A DNA stretch of 64,000 nt from Bacteroidota bacterium (lineage in GTDB: Bacteria; Bacteroidota; Bacteroidia; Chitinophagales; JADIYW01): positions 192,041 through 256,040 of the forward strand of contig JADIYW010000028.1 in assembly GCA_016705125.1 (NCBI GenBank), given 5' to 3'. This document shows positions 42,587 to 53,569 of this stretch, one piece after another. The notes under the pieces are model-generated. The model ran no database searches, was not told the origin of the DNA, and saw only the letters and a list, made by a program, of their open reading frames with translations. Numbering within the stretch: position 1 is the first letter of the stretch; every line of letters starts with the position of its first letter. The position numbers and the translations under genes were made by a program.

Positions 42587-44533
42587 TTACACTTCCTTTC
42601 TTTCTAACCGAATATTTTTTGGTGGTGCCACATTTATCGGTACCGTTTCAACCTCCACATTCGACATTTCAAGTCCGAAATCAACATGATTCGGAAGACT
42701 TAATGACTTTAAGAAGCCAAAAATTTTCAACACTAACTGATTTCCATAACTTATTTCATCATCAGCCGAAACTTTTGAATTTACCATTATAAATTTAAAA
42801 TCAGCTGCCATATTATGGTTTCTTAGACTTGGATACCTGCTTATCTGATCCACCTCTCCATTTTTAACCATATCTTCTACAATTCTACTAAACATCAAAT
42901 TCACCTTATGTTCTACCTTAAATCCGAAAGTAAGATTTACAAAAAACATCTTTTTAGGAACAATCGTTTTTACAGTATAATTTTTTTCATAAGGTTCATC
43001 AGAAATATCAACATGTACAAACCAATATACATCTGCTCGTTTGGGTGTTTTTTTGAAAATAGAATACATAATATTTGAATCTATTTTTTTTATATTAGGA
43101 CTTACGGCCATATAAACCAAATTTGTGGCTTCTCTAGGTACTGTTTCATCCTCCGATAAATCCATCAAAATTGGCACATATTCATCTAATTTCACCATTT
43201 GAATATGCCTATCTCTAATTTTTCTTGCCCTATACAAACAATATATGCCAATAAATAAAATCAAACCAATCAATGTAGTAAACCATCCACCGTGGGTGAA
43301 TTTTTTCAGATTAGATATAAAAAATGCCCCTTCAATAAATACAAATAATGCTGCCATGGAATAAATGGCAATAGGCGGTTTTTTTCGTAAAATTAATAAT
43401 AAACTAAGTAGAGAAGTTGTAATTAACATGTCAATTGTAATTGCCAAGCCATACGCAGCTTCCATATTTGCTGATTTTTGAAATATTAAAACCACAGCTA
43501 AACACCCTGAAAAAAGAAACCAATTTATAGCAGGAATATAAATTTGTCCTTTTGAAACAGTAGGATAGTTTACTTTGAGATTTATCCAAAGTCTTAGTTT
43601 CATTGCTTCATTCACCAATGTAAAACAACCTGTTATCAATGCCTGGCTAGCAATAACAGCTGATACGGTTGCAATTGCAATGCCGTAAATTAAAAACCAC
43701 TCAGGCATTAATCCATAAAATGGACGAATTGCCTCTGGTACTACTGCACCTTCATACGTCATTACAAATGCACTTTGACCAAAATAATTAAGCAATAAAC
43801 AAATGATAACATATCCCCAACTCACCCTAATATTTTGTTTGCCACAATGTCCTAAGTCTGAATACATTGCTTCCCCCCCAGTGGTACACAAAAAAACAGC
43901 TCCCAAGAGCCAAAATCCACTAGGATAATTTGCCAATAAATTAAATGCATAAATTGGATTCAAAGCATGCAAAATTGCAGGATGATTTAATATTTCGATT
44001 AAACCCAGAGTCCCAATCATGGTAAACCATATAAACATAATTGGGCCAAATGCCTTTCCTACTATATTGGTGCCAAACTGTTGAATCAGAAATAGAAATG
44101 TTAAAATTGCTATTACAATAGGAACAGTTTGCAAATTTGGAAATATTATCGTTAATCCTTCAATTGCCGAAGAAATGGATATAGGAGGAGTAATAAAACC
44201 ATCAGCAATCAGTGCCGCACATCCAATCATTGCAGCTATTAGTGTCCATTGAATTTTGTACCTCCGCAAAAGGGCGTAAAGGGCAAATATTCCACCTTCA
44301 CCTTTATTATCTGCATTTAGTGCCAAATAAACGTATTTGAAAGTTGTGGTAATCATTAATGTCCAAAATACACATGACATACCCCCATATACTAACTCCT
44401 TTGAAATGACATGTTCGCCAATAATCGCCTTTATTACATATAAGGGAGAAGTACCAATATCGCCAAAAATAATTCCAAGGGTTATTAATACACCTGCAGC
44501 TGAAAACTTACTATGGTTATGATTACCTGACAT
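42587..44533 (-). CDS. kup: potassium uptake transporter Kup/HAK/KT
   Basis: 648 aa; LGIIFGDIGTSPLYV signature, ~12 TM segments, and the cytoplasmic C-terminal domain. Confidence 0.9.
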   Translation of the reverse strand: MSGNHNHSKFSAAGVLITLGIIFGDIGTSPLYVIKAIIGEHVISKELVYGGMSCVFWTLMITTTFKYVYLALNADNKGEGGIFALYALLRRYKIQWTLIAAMIGCAALIADGFITPPISISSAIEGLTIIFPNLQTVPIVIAILTFLFLIQQFGTNIVGKAFGPIMFIWFTMIGTLGLIEILNHPAILHALNPIYAFNLLANYPSGFWLLGAVFLCTTGGEAMYSDLGHCGKQNIRVSWGYVIICLLLNYFGQSAFVMTYEGAVVPEAIRPFYGLMPEWFLIYGIAIATVSAVIASQALITGCFTLVNEAMKLRLWINLKVNYPTVSKGQIYIPAINWFLFSGCLAVVLIFQKSANMEAAYGLAITIDMLITTSLLSLLLILRKKPPIAIYSMAALFVFIEGAFFISNLKKFTHGGWFTTLIGLILFIGIYCLYRARKIRDRHIQMVKLDEYVPILMDLSEDETVPREATNLVYMAVSPNIKKIDSNIMYSIFKKTPKRADVYWFVHVDISDEPYEKNYTVKTIVPKKMFFVNLTFGFKVEHKVNLMFSRIVEDMVKNGEVDQISRYPSLRNHNMAADFKFIMVNSKVSADDEISYGNQLVLKIFGFLKSLSLPNHVDFGLEMSNVEVETVPINVAPPKNIRLERKEV

Positions 44534-44661
44534 TTGTTTGATTTATACATCAAAAATAGTTTATTAGATGATATTTAGTCTTTTTTTATAAATAAAATTA
44601 ATGTGAAGAAAAACACATATAAAATAATTTAAATACATGATTGAAATTATACATTCAAAAC

Positions 44662-45312
44662 TTATTTCTTTTGAATTGCCAATTTAAGGCCTTCAGTTTG
44701 TTGGACAAGCATCTCCTTTCTATAAATTATGGCACTTTCAAAATCCTTTTCTCTTACCATTTTTATGAACGTCCAATGGGGATCTTTTTCCTTATGTGCA
44801 ATATAAATATCTGTAAGTAATAAATTAACAAGCATTAAATTTTTTCTGAAAATACATATCGCCATTTCCATAACGATTTCCTTTTTGGCTGCACGATATA
44901 AAATGGCAAAATAATCAATTGCCATTAAGCCAAAAGCTTTTGAATCTGTGCAAATTTCCATTTTTCTAATCATTTCATCTGCCTCATTCAAATCACTTTC
45001 ACTCATTTGTGGAAGACTTGAACGGAGCAATATATCCATAAGAGCCAAACTCAACTCCAAATATTCATCAAGTGCTTTTAAGTCTACTTTTCTGACGAGG
45101 GCACCTGCATATGGAACGATATCAATATATCCCTCGCTTTCAATTTTCTTCAACGCCTCTCTTACAGGTATGCTGCTCACATTAAATTTTTGAGTCAAGC
45201 CACTTTCCTTAATCCTTTCTCCAGATTTTATATTACCCGAAATTATCTCATCTCTAAGATAATCAGCCACTTGGTTAGAAATTGTACTTGTTTTTCCCGA
45301 AAAAGTATTCAT
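44662..45312 (-). CDS. GntR family transcriptional regulator (FadR/FCD-like C-terminus)
   Basis: N-terminal winged helix: ISNQVADYLRDEIISGNIKSGERIKESGLTQKFNVSSIPVREALKKLE-like. Confidence 0.75.
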   Translation of the reverse strand: MNTFSGKTSTISNQVADYLRDEIISGNIKSGERIKESGLTQKFNVSSIPVREALKKIESEGYIDIVPYAGALVRKVDLKALDEYLELSLALMDILLRSSLPQMSESDLNEADEMIRKMEICTDSKAFGLMAIDYFAILYRAAKKEIVMEMAICIFRKNLMLVNLLLTDIYIAHKEKDPHWTFIKMVREKDFESAIIYRKEMLVQQTEGLKLAIQKK

Positions 45313-45392
45313 TACAAATACAAAAATACAAAAAATATATATTTTTATTGGTAATACTAAAACTTTAATTAAAAATTATTGTTAGAATAAAC

Positions 45393-46160
45393 TTAAAATT
45401 CCATTTCAAATCCATTCTGGAATGCATATGTTAATTTTGGAATGCCAACAGGAGGTAATGCATCATAGCCTAGGTGAAAAAGGATATTTAATTTAAAATT
45501 CGAGGTTATTCCAATACCCAGCTTATTATCGGTCGAAATTCTAAAATCAGAAAAATCATTTATTTTTGGTTGAAAATAAGTAGTAGTTGAAATTGAAACA
45601 TTATCTCGTGGAAACATAGATAATGAAACATAAGAACTCAGGCGATGGTTTTTTTCAATGGTGATATTGTCCACCAATTCTTCGTATTCAAACATATATA
45701 AAGTACCAACATAACAGCGCAAATCATCGAATTTTGATAATTTAAATCGAGGGCCAAAACCAAATAATTCGCGATGTTTTAGCTTTATTATTCTATTATA
45801 TTGAGTTTGAAAAAATGCTTCCATTCTTAGCCATTTATTTACCTTATAATTATACCTAAGGTGAGCAAATCCGCCATTTAAAAACTTTTCGTCCTTTGCC
45901 CTCAAAAAATTAAAGTCTGTAAGAAATAGGTATAGATTTTTTGTATTCTTAGATTTATATTGTAAATGGGCACCTAAACCAATTGAAAAAATTCTTTGAA
46001 TATTTTTCTCAAGGTTAAATCTAGTATTAAGACTACCCTCCCATCCAGTGGTATCTGTTTTAAATCTTTTACTTTCAATGTTCACAATTTGGGCATTAAT
46101 TGAATAATTAAAACCAAAAAAGCAAACGATTAAAAACAATATACATTTAATTTTAATCAT
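45393..46160 (-). CDS. putative outer-membrane beta-barrel protein
   Basis: Signal peptide, alternating beta-strand pattern, and a C-terminal aromatic residue (MEF). Confidence 0.4.
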   Translation of the reverse strand: MIKIKCILFLIVCFFGFNYSINAQIVNIESKRFKTDTTGWEGSLNTRFNLEKNIQRIFSIGLGAHLQYKSKNTKNLYLFLTDFNFLRAKDEKFLNGGFAHLRYNYKVNKWLRMEAFFQTQYNRIIKLKHRELFGFGPRFKLSKFDDLRCYVGTLYMFEYEELVDNITIEKNHRLSSYVSLSMFPRDNVSISTTTYFQPKINDFSDFRISTDNKLGIGITSNFKLNILFHLGYDALPPVGIPKLTYAFQNGFEMEF

Positions 46161-46287
46161 CTATTACTTTATTTAAACCATTCTATACAATTGAAATACA
46201 ACAAACAAAGATAAATATTAATTTTTAATAATATAAAATCTAAATAAAAAATTGAAGTAAAAACTTATTTTTACAAAAAATAATAAA

Positions 46288-47262
46288 ATGCAAAGACCAA
46301 GACGCAATAGAAAAAGTGAAAGCATAAGAGGTTTGGTTAGTGAAACCCATATTATTCCTCAACAACTCATTCAGCCTTTGTTTTTATTGGATGGTTTGAA
46401 TAAAAATATACCTATCAAATCATTGCCAGGCATTGCTCAATTAAGCATCGATAATGCCCTCAAAACCATTGAAAACTGTATGAAACTCCAAGTAAACAGC
46501 TTTATACTTTTTCCAGTTGTAGAAGATCGTTTAAAAGACAAAGAAGCTACTTATAGTTATAATCCAAATAATTTTTATCTAAAAGCAATTAATACCATTA
46601 AAAAAGAATTTCCAGGTTCTTGTTTGGTTAGCGATGTAGCCCTCGACCCCTATTCTTCTGATGGGCACGACGGATTAGTAGAAAATGGAAAAATAATAAA
46701 TGACAAAACTTTGCCTATTTTGGCCAAAATGTCATTAGCACAGGCTGAAGCAGGTATTGATATTGTTGGCCCATCAGATATGATGGATGGCAGAGTTGGA
46801 TATATTAGACAAGAATTAGACAAAAATGGATTCCACGAAACTAGTATAATGTCGTATACCGCCAAATATGCAAGTGCATTTTATGGGCCATTTAGAGATG
46901 CGTTGGCATCAGCACCCAAATCTGGTGATAAAAAAACCTACCAAATGAACCCTGCCAATAAGCTAGAAGCATTGCGTGAAGCCAAATTGGACATGGAAGA
47001 AGGTGCCGATTTTTTGATGGTGAAACCAGCTTTGGCATATTTAGACATCATACATATTTTGAAAGAAATTAGCCATTTGCCAATTGTAGCTTATAATGTA
47101 AGTGGTGAATATGCTATGCTAAAAGCCGCAGCAAATAATGGCTGGTTGGATTATGAAAAAGCCCTCAATGAAGTGTTAATTAGCATAAAAAGAGCCGGTG
47201 CAGATATTATAATAACCTATGCTGCCGAGGAATATGCTAAATTTTTGAGAACTTCTTTATAA
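46288..47262 (+). CDS. hemB: porphobilinogen synthase (delta-aminolevulinate dehydratase)
   Basis: 324 aa; RPRRNR N-terminus, SDVALDPY, and the active-site lysine region MVKPA. Confidence 0.92.
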   Translation: MQRPRRNRKSESIRGLVSETHIIPQQLIQPLFLLDGLNKNIPIKSLPGIAQLSIDNALKTIENCMKLQVNSFILFPVVEDRLKDKEATYSYNPNNFYLKAINTIKKEFPGSCLVSDVALDPYSSDGHDGLVENGKIINDKTLPILAKMSLAQAEAGIDIVGPSDMMDGRVGYIRQELDKNGFHETSIMSYTAKYASAFYGPFRDALASAPKSGDKKTYQMNPANKLEALREAKLDMEEGADFLMVKPALAYLDIIHILKEISHLPIVAYNVSGEYAMLKAAANNGWLDYEKALNEVLISIKRAGADIIITYAAEEYAKFLRTSL

Positions 47263-48023
47263 TGAAAATAGATAATCCAGCATTCAATTACGACCAATTT
47301 GGACATCAATATTCAGGACAAAGAATGACCGATCCGCGGATTGCCTTTTTTGTAAATGAAGCATTGGCAGATGCCAAAACCATACTAAATGTTGGAGCCG
47401 GGGCAGGTTCCTATGAACCCGCCGACAAATATGTGATTGCAGTTGAGCCTTCAGAAGTGATGCGTTCACAAAGAATGGCTAAACAAAAAGTCCCTGCAAT
47501 TATTGCCAAAGCCGACCATCTACCATTCGACGATAATGCATTTGATGCCTCAATGGCGATGGTTACCATTCACCATTGGCCAAATATAGAAAAAGGACTT
47601 AAGGAATTAAGAAGAGTTACCCGAAATCAGGTCGTCATCATGACATTTGATCCAGATGCTTTAGATAATTTTTGGAATGCCCACTATTTTCCGGAACTAA
47701 TCGAAGTGGAAAAAGCCCGTTATCCGAGCATTGATTTTATCCAAAAATCATTGAGTACAAAATGTGATATCATTCCAATTCCCATTCCCTTAGATTGTGT
47801 AGATGGTTTTCAAGAGGCATTTTATGGTCGTCCCGAAGCATTTTTGGAAAAAAACATCCGTCAATCACAATCTGCCTGGGGATTTTTATCTGATGAAATA
47901 GCAGAAAAACTCGTAAACCATCTTGCCGAAGACCTAAAATCGGGTGAATGGGATAAAAAATATGGTCATTTTCGCACCCAAGGCACCTTTACTTGCGCAT
48001 TGAGATTGATTGTTTCAAGATAA
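47262..48023 (+). CDS. class I SAM-dependent methyltransferase
   Basis: ILNVGAGAGSYEP motif I. The start overlaps the hemB stop. Confidence 0.7.
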   Translation: MKIDNPAFNYDQFGHQYSGQRMTDPRIAFFVNEALADAKTILNVGAGAGSYEPADKYVIAVEPSEVMRSQRMAKQKVPAIIAKADHLPFDDNAFDASMAMVTIHHWPNIEKGLKELRRVTRNQVVIMTFDPDALDNFWNAHYFPELIEVEKARYPSIDFIQKSLSTKCDIIPIPIPLDCVDGFQEAFYGRPEAFLEKNIRQSQSAWGFLSDEIAEKLVNHLAEDLKSGEWDKKYGHFRTQGTFTCALRLIVSR

Positions 48024-48052
48024 ATTTAATATTAAAAATTACTATAAAAAAA

Positions 48053-48090
48053 ATCAACCTCACCACTTTATTCGGGGAAGTTGATTTTTA
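48053..48090. terminator. possible terminator hairpin
   Basis: atcaacctcacc / ggggaagttgat pair at 10/12 positions, followed by T5. Lies between convergent genes. Confidence 0.4.
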
Positions 48091-48145
48091 TATAATTAAT
48101 TAAAATAGAAATGAATGAATCATTCACTAATTAAATAATTCTTTG

Positions 48146-48574
48146 CTATTTCTTCGTCCAATATTGCGTTCTTCCAAGCATCGAAATACCCACATATCCC
48201 CTTACTTTAAGTCGACCGTCTGGTAAAAGCTCAATTTTACAATCATATATTTTTCCATTTTTAGGATCCATTATCTTTCCTCCTTCCCAATGAGTGGCAT
48301 CTTTCTTTTTAATACCCCACATCACCTCTAAACCCAAGACTGGTTTGTTCAATTTATCTCCAGTACATTTATCACAAACCTTGCCTTGATCTTCAGCCAA
48401 AAGCAATTTGTTTATTTTTGCATAAAAAACGCCATTCTTCTCATAAATTTCCAAATAGGATTTTTCCTTTCCTGTTTCATCATCTACTGTTTTCCAAATT
48501 CCAGTAATTCCCTCGCCAGCAAATGTGCTTAAGCTAACAAAAAATGAAACCGCGATAAAGAATAATTTTTTCAT
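48146..48574 (-). CDS. DUF2147 family secreted protein
   Basis: 142 aa; GIWKTVDDETGKEKS...GKIMDPKNGKIYDCKI...LKVRGY. Confidence 0.7.
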   Translation of the reverse strand: MKKLFFIAVSFFVSLSTFAGEGITGIWKTVDDETGKEKSYLEIYEKNGVFYAKINKLLLAEDQGKVCDKCTGDKLNKPVLGLEVMWGIKKKDATHWEGGKIMDPKNGKIYDCKIELLPDGRLKVRGYVGISMLGRTQYWTKK

Positions 48575-48697
48575 AGTCTAATATTTTTTTACGAATTTAA
48601 AAAAGGAATTAATTAAATAAAAATTTTTTTTCATTTTTATATATTATGATTTTAAACTACTAACTTCGTGCCAACTTTTACTAAATCTATTTATAGC

Positions 48698-49729
48698 ATG
48701 CAACTATACAATAAGGTGGACAAAAAGATCTTAGAACAACAATTGGAATTAAGCAATATTCCACGTACAACTATTTCTTTTTACAAATACCACCACTTAC
48801 AAGAACCACAAATTTTTAGAGATGAGCTTTTTGCCAATTTATCACAAATGGATGTTTTGGGCAGAATATATGTGGCTTATGAAGGAATTAATGGACAAAT
48901 TTCTGTGCCAACCGCATTAATTGAACAATTCAAACAGCGATTATACAGTTACAACTTCTTAAACGGCATTCGTTTAAATTATGCCATTGAAGATGATGGA
49001 AAGTCATTTATTAAATTAAAAATCCTTGTAAGAAAAAAAATAGTAGCTGATGGGTTAGATGATGATAGTTTTAATGTAAGCAATTCGGGCATACACTTAA
49101 ATGCAATTGAATTCAACGAAATTATTTCAAAAGAAAATACTATTTTGGTTGATATGCGCAATCACTATGAATCAGAAGTAGGTCATTTTGAAAATGCGAT
49201 TACACCGGATGTAGATACTTTTAGAGATTCTTTGCCTATCATCGTCGATCAACTAAAAGAGAATAAAGAAAAAGATTTGGTTATGTATTGCACAGGAGGC
49301 ATCCGATGTGAGAAAGCAAGTGCTTGGATGAAACACAATGGTTTTCAGAATGTGTATCAACTTAATGGCGGAATAATCGAATATGCAAGACAGGTAAATG
49401 AACTTGGATTAGAAAATAAATTTTTAGGCAAGAATTTTGTTTTCGATAAACGTTTGGGCGAAAAAATAGGTCATGAAATAATCAGCAAGTGTCATCAGTG
49501 TGGAGAGCCCTCTGATACGCATACCAATTGTGCCAATTTAGCTTGTCATCTTTTATTTATTCAATGTGCTAAATGTGCAGATAAATTTAAAGGTTGTTGT
49601 TGTGATTCTTGCACAGAAATTTCCCTTTTACCAGAGGAAAAACAAAAAGAACTCAGAAAAGGATTTGACCCTGGACGCAAGGTATTTAAAAAGGGAAAAG
49701 GACCTCAATTACTTTTTAAGCAGCAATAA
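48698..49729 (+). CDS. trhO: rhodanese-domain tRNA U34 hydroxylase (YceA/TrhO)
   Basis: Collinear with E. coli YceA: TISFYKY, VDMRNHYESEVGHFENA, MYCTGGIRCEKASAWMKHNGF, and the C-terminal Cys cluster. The track start at 48668 is a GTG. Confidence 0.88.
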   Translation: MQLYNKVDKKILEQQLELSNIPRTTISFYKYHHLQEPQIFRDELFANLSQMDVLGRIYVAYEGINGQISVPTALIEQFKQRLYSYNFLNGIRLNYAIEDDGKSFIKLKILVRKKIVADGLDDDSFNVSNSGIHLNAIEFNEIISKENTILVDMRNHYESEVGHFENAITPDVDTFRDSLPIIVDQLKENKEKDLVMYCTGGIRCEKASAWMKHNGFQNVYQLNGGIIEYARQVNELGLENKFLGKNFVFDKRLGEKIGHEIISKCHQCGEPSDTHTNCANLACHLLFIQCAKCADKFKGCCCDSCTEISLLPEEKQKELRKGFDPGRKVFKKGKGPQLLFKQQ

Positions 49730-49732
49730 AAA

Positions 49733-50875
49733 ATGAACATTAAAACAATTTATCTTTTCCTTATTTTAGTAATATTCTTCAAAGCCCCTACTCTATTTGG
49801 ACAATCCATTGCGACTACAGAATGGCAAAAAGTAATTCCTTCGCCTAATTTACCAAGTGAAATAAATTGTAAAAGGTCGAATAACAATTTAGACATTGCT
49901 TTTTTTAAAAACAAATATTATCTAGCATTTAGAACGGCTCCCACACATTTTGCATCAAAAAAGACTATCATCTACATAGTATCTTCTATTGATTTGAAAA
50001 ATTGGACTTTTGAAAAAGAAATAAAATTGGGAACTGATGCAAGAGAGCCTAGATTTTGTGTTTATAAAGACACACTCCGGTTTCTTTTCTTTGAATCAGG
50101 CAGCTCGCTCACAAAATTTGAACCCCATAATATTTGGAATGCTGAAACGATCGGTGACGGAAAATGGAGCGCTTTAGTTGATGTCAATCTTCCAGGATTT
50201 GTTCCATGGAGAATGCGAATTAATAATGACACCTTGCTTTTATCAGCTTATTATGGTATTGATTTATACAAGTCTGGCCATAAAGGAAATTTGCGACTTT
50301 TCAAAAGTACTGATGCAAAAAATTGGACACCAATAAGCGAAAAACCCCAAATAGACATTTCGGGCGCAGAAGAAGGAGAATTTATTTTTGATTCAATTGG
50401 TAATTTATTTGCCACTGTAAGACTAGAAAGCGAAGGCGCTTTGATTTGCTCTGCTCCAAAAGACAATTTACAAATTTGGGATTTTGTAAAAACGAAGTAC
50501 AAATATGACAGTGCTTTACTTTTCCTCCACGGAAATGACGTTTATTTAGTTTCGAGAAGAAATATGGACGGTGAAATGGATAAGGCAAATCCTAAAAGAA
50601 AACCTGCATTTAGAAAAAAATACAACTTAATTAGATATTCCTTCACAAAGAAAAAAACAGCACTTTTTAAATTTAATAAAGAAAAGAAATCTTTAGAATG
50701 GATAATGGATTTTCCAAGTACTGGCGACAATGCATTCCCAGGAATTGTACAAATAGAACCTAACAAATACGTACTATTCAATTATACTAATGACCCAAGC
50801 AAACAAGAAAAAACTTGGATAAGAGGTCAATTTGGCAAAACAAACATTTATTATACTACCCTTATTTTTAATTAA
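49733..50875 (+). CDS. secreted hypothetical protein (380 aa)
   Basis: Signal peptide; a beta-rich sequence with no confident family call. Confidence 0.35.
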   Translation: MNIKTIYLFLILVIFFKAPTLFGQSIATTEWQKVIPSPNLPSEINCKRSNNNLDIAFFKNKYYLAFRTAPTHFASKKTIIYIVSSIDLKNWTFEKEIKLGTDAREPRFCVYKDTLRFLFFESGSSLTKFEPHNIWNAETIGDGKWSALVDVNLPGFVPWRMRINNDTLLLSAYYGIDLYKSGHKGNLRLFKSTDAKNWTPISEKPQIDISGAEEGEFIFDSIGNLFATVRLESEGALICSAPKDNLQIWDFVKTKYKYDSALLFLHGNDVYLVSRRNMDGEMDKANPKRKPAFRKKYNLIRYSFTKKKTALFKFNKEKKSLEWIMDFPSTGDNAFPGIVQIEPNKYVLFNYTNDPSKQEKTWIRGQFGKTNIYYTTLIFN

Positions 50876-50905
50876 AATTTAAAAGGAGTCCTATTAACTC
50901 TATCG

Positions 50906-52150
50906 TTATTTCTTTTTTCGCTTATTTAGCAAACAACTGTACACACATTTTCTTAGTGCCTCTTCTCTCGGATCGTTAGCAATGCTTGTTCCCATTTTAT
51001 TCATTACATAAGACATAGTTAATTTAGCTTCTGGGTCATTAAAAACGGCTGACCCACCTGCACCAAAACTACCATAAGCATTATGATTTAATCCAAAATT
51101 TAGAAAAATACCAGGCTTTGCCATACCTAAATGAAAAGGTATCTCTACTTGCATTACCACATCCTTTGGACTTGTAGTAGGATAACATGGAAAGTCTTGA
51201 AATTCATCAATGGTATGTTTGGTAATACCCAAATTTTTTCCACCCATTGCAAATTCATGATAAAGTGTAGTCAAATCGCGGGCAGATGTAAATCCACATC
51301 CACTACCTATAGGCAAACGTCTTATTTCGTCTTTATTAAAATTATTTGGATCTATTGAAAAAGGCAAATTCAAAAGTGAGCGGGCAAAAAACAATTTAGC
51401 TTTTGGATTTAAAGCATCTTTAAGCAATTCCATGTTTTTATCCATATTCCCACTTAAAAAAATATCATATAAATTAAATGGAACAAGATCGGCTATTCTG
51501 TTTTTATTAAATGAATTAGGCAAACCTATATGAATATCCAATCCCAATTTTTCACCTAATTCTTCCCTAAAAAAAACAGACAAAGACCTACCCTTTGGAT
51601 CAATCCGTTTTAAAATTTCATTTTGATAAAGTGCAATTGTCCAAGCATGGTAACCTTGAAATTTGCCAGGTTCCCAAAATGGTTTTTGGTCTGCTAATAT
51701 TTTTGAAAGTAGTTTTTCATCCCTTAAAATCATAGGAGTAAGCGCCATATCGGTGCACAAAAGACCTGCTTGATGAGCTAATAATTGCCGTATTGTAATT
51801 TCTTTTTTTCCATTTTTTGCAAATTCTGGCCAATAGGTGGCGACCTTTTCGTCATAGTCTAATAATCCCCACGAATGTAACAGCGAAAATGCCAAAGACG
51901 AAATGCCTTTTGTGGTAGAAAATACAATAACCATAGTATCTTTCTCCCAAATTTTTGTCCTATTTTTATCTCTAAAACCACCCCAAAGATCGACTACCGT
52001 TTTTCCATTATATTTAACGTTAAAAGCAGCACCAATTTCCCCTCTCCTTTCAAAGTTTTCTCTAAAAACATCTTCAACTTCCTCAAACCCTAATTCGCAA
52101 TGGCCATTGATACTAAAATCTTGAGGTATATTACTTGTTAAACTTATCAT
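50906..52150 (-). CDS. serine hydrolase, beta-lactamase/esterase (class C-like) family, copy 1
   Basis: SxxK motif FSTTKG. Paralogue of the next gene. Confidence 0.75.
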   Translation of the reverse strand: MISLTSNIPQDFSINGHCELGFEEVEDVFRENFERRGEIGAAFNVKYNGKTVVDLWGGFRDKNRTKIWEKDTMVIVFSTTKGISSLAFSLLHSWGLLDYDEKVATYWPEFAKNGKKEITIRQLLAHQAGLLCTDMALTPMILRDEKLLSKILADQKPFWEPGKFQGYHAWTIALYQNEILKRIDPKGRSLSVFFREELGEKLGLDIHIGLPNSFNKNRIADLVPFNLYDIFLSGNMDKNMELLKDALNPKAKLFFARSLLNLPFSIDPNNFNKDEIRRLPIGSGCGFTSARDLTTLYHEFAMGGKNLGITKHTIDEFQDFPCYPTTSPKDVVMQVEIPFHLGMAKPGIFLNFGLNHNAYGSFGAGGSAVFNDPEAKLTMSYVMNKMGTSIANDPREEALRKCVYSCLLNKRKKK

Positions 52151-52266
52151 TTTTGGTTGTTCGGTTATTGGTTATTTAGTTATTGGTGATTTAGTTATTT
52201 AGTTATTGGTTATTTGTTATTGGGGTATTCAAAATTAACCATTCAACATTAACCATTCAACATTAT
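52151..52266. repeat. word-mosaic array (TTATTGG/TTATTTAG words, then AACCATTCAACATT words)
   Basis: Fills the entire spacer between the two hydrolase paralogues. Confidence 0.6.
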
Positions 52267-53493
52267 TCATTCCACTTCTAAATTCTCAAGGCATTGCCAA
52301 ACTGCTTTTCTCAAAACGACTTCTCGGGGATCATTTGAAATCTGGGTGCCCATCTTATTCATCACATAAGCGTATGCGACTTTTCTTTCTGGGTCACAAA
52401 AACCACCAGAACCACCAGCACCAAAATTTCCAAATGCTCTACTATTGGAACCAAAATCTATATGTTTAGATGGTTTTCCCATACCTAATGAAAAGTAAAC
52501 AGGCAAATCCAATACCAAATCTTTTTCCCATTTTAATGGCATAGTAGGAGCTCTTTCAAATTCTAGTAAAGTTTTTTCGCTTAAGCCTATTTTTTTTCCA
52601 CCCATTACAACCTCATTATAAATTGTAGCTACAGACCGTGCATTTCCAAATCCACAAGCCGAACCGATTGGTAAAGATTGAAATTTATATTTATTGAAGT
52701 TATTTAGGTTCATTGTAAATCTTGGATTAAGCAAAGCCTTAAATTTAAGTGTCCAAGGTTTAATTAAATCGAGTGATGCCTTTTTTCTTTCTGGATCACT
52801 CTCCCTAAAGAAATCCAAATTTGAAAATGGAACTAATTTCGCTATCTTATCGGTATCTATATCCTTTGGCAAACCAATATAGAATGGTTGATTAAGCGGT
52901 TCTGCAATATCTTGGTGAAAGAATTGAGCCAATCCTCTTTTTTGTGTATCTATTCTTCTAATCAATTGATCCATATAAAATGCAATAGTCCAAGCATGGT
53001 ACCCTTGATGATCACCTGGTATCCAAGCCGGTGTTTGGGAACTTAAAATATCTCCCATCTTTTGAGGATCCATTAGTGTTTTTACACGTAAAATTCTATC
53101 AACTCCACAAAGTCCTGCTTGGTGAGATAATAAGGTCCTGATAGTGATATCTTCCTTACCATTTTTTGAAAATTCAGGCCAATAACTCGAGACTTTATCA
53201 TCATAATCAAAAAGGCCTCGAGAATGCAATAAACCCATAGCCAAGCTAGACATTCCTTTTGTAGTAGAGAAAACAATTATCATTGTATCGTCCTTCCAAG
53301 GCAATTTCCTATTTTTATCCTTAAAACCACCCCATAAATCGACAACTTTTTCTCCTTTGTGGTAAACGCAAACCGAAGCACCAAGTTCATTTTTGGTTTC
53401 AAAATTTTCGATAAATTTCTCTTTTACTAATTCAAAACCAGGAGCCGTAAATCCATGAATATTGTAAGGATGAACTTTAGAAATGACAGTCAT
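52267..53493 (-). CDS. serine hydrolase, beta-lactamase/esterase (class C-like) family, copy 2
   Basis: SxxK motif FSTTKG; collinear with copy 1 throughout. Confidence 0.75.
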   Translation of the reverse strand: MTVISKVHPYNIHGFTAPGFELVKEKFIENFETKNELGASVCVYHKGEKVVDLWGGFKDKNRKLPWKDDTMIIVFSTTKGMSSLAMGLLHSRGLFDYDDKVSSYWPEFSKNGKEDITIRTLLSHQAGLCGVDRILRVKTLMDPQKMGDILSSQTPAWIPGDHQGYHAWTIAFYMDQLIRRIDTQKRGLAQFFHQDIAEPLNQPFYIGLPKDIDTDKIAKLVPFSNLDFFRESDPERKKASLDLIKPWTLKFKALLNPRFTMNLNNFNKYKFQSLPIGSACGFGNARSVATIYNEVVMGGKKIGLSEKTLLEFERAPTMPLKWEKDLVLDLPVYFSLGMGKPSKHIDFGSNSRAFGNFGAGGSGGFCDPERKVAYAYVMNKMGTQISNDPREVVLRKAVWQCLENLEVE

Positions 53494-53569
53494 AATAATT
53501 TAAATACTTGAAAATTTGTTAAACCATAAAAATAGAAATAAATAACAATAAAAACCAAGATTCACAAAT

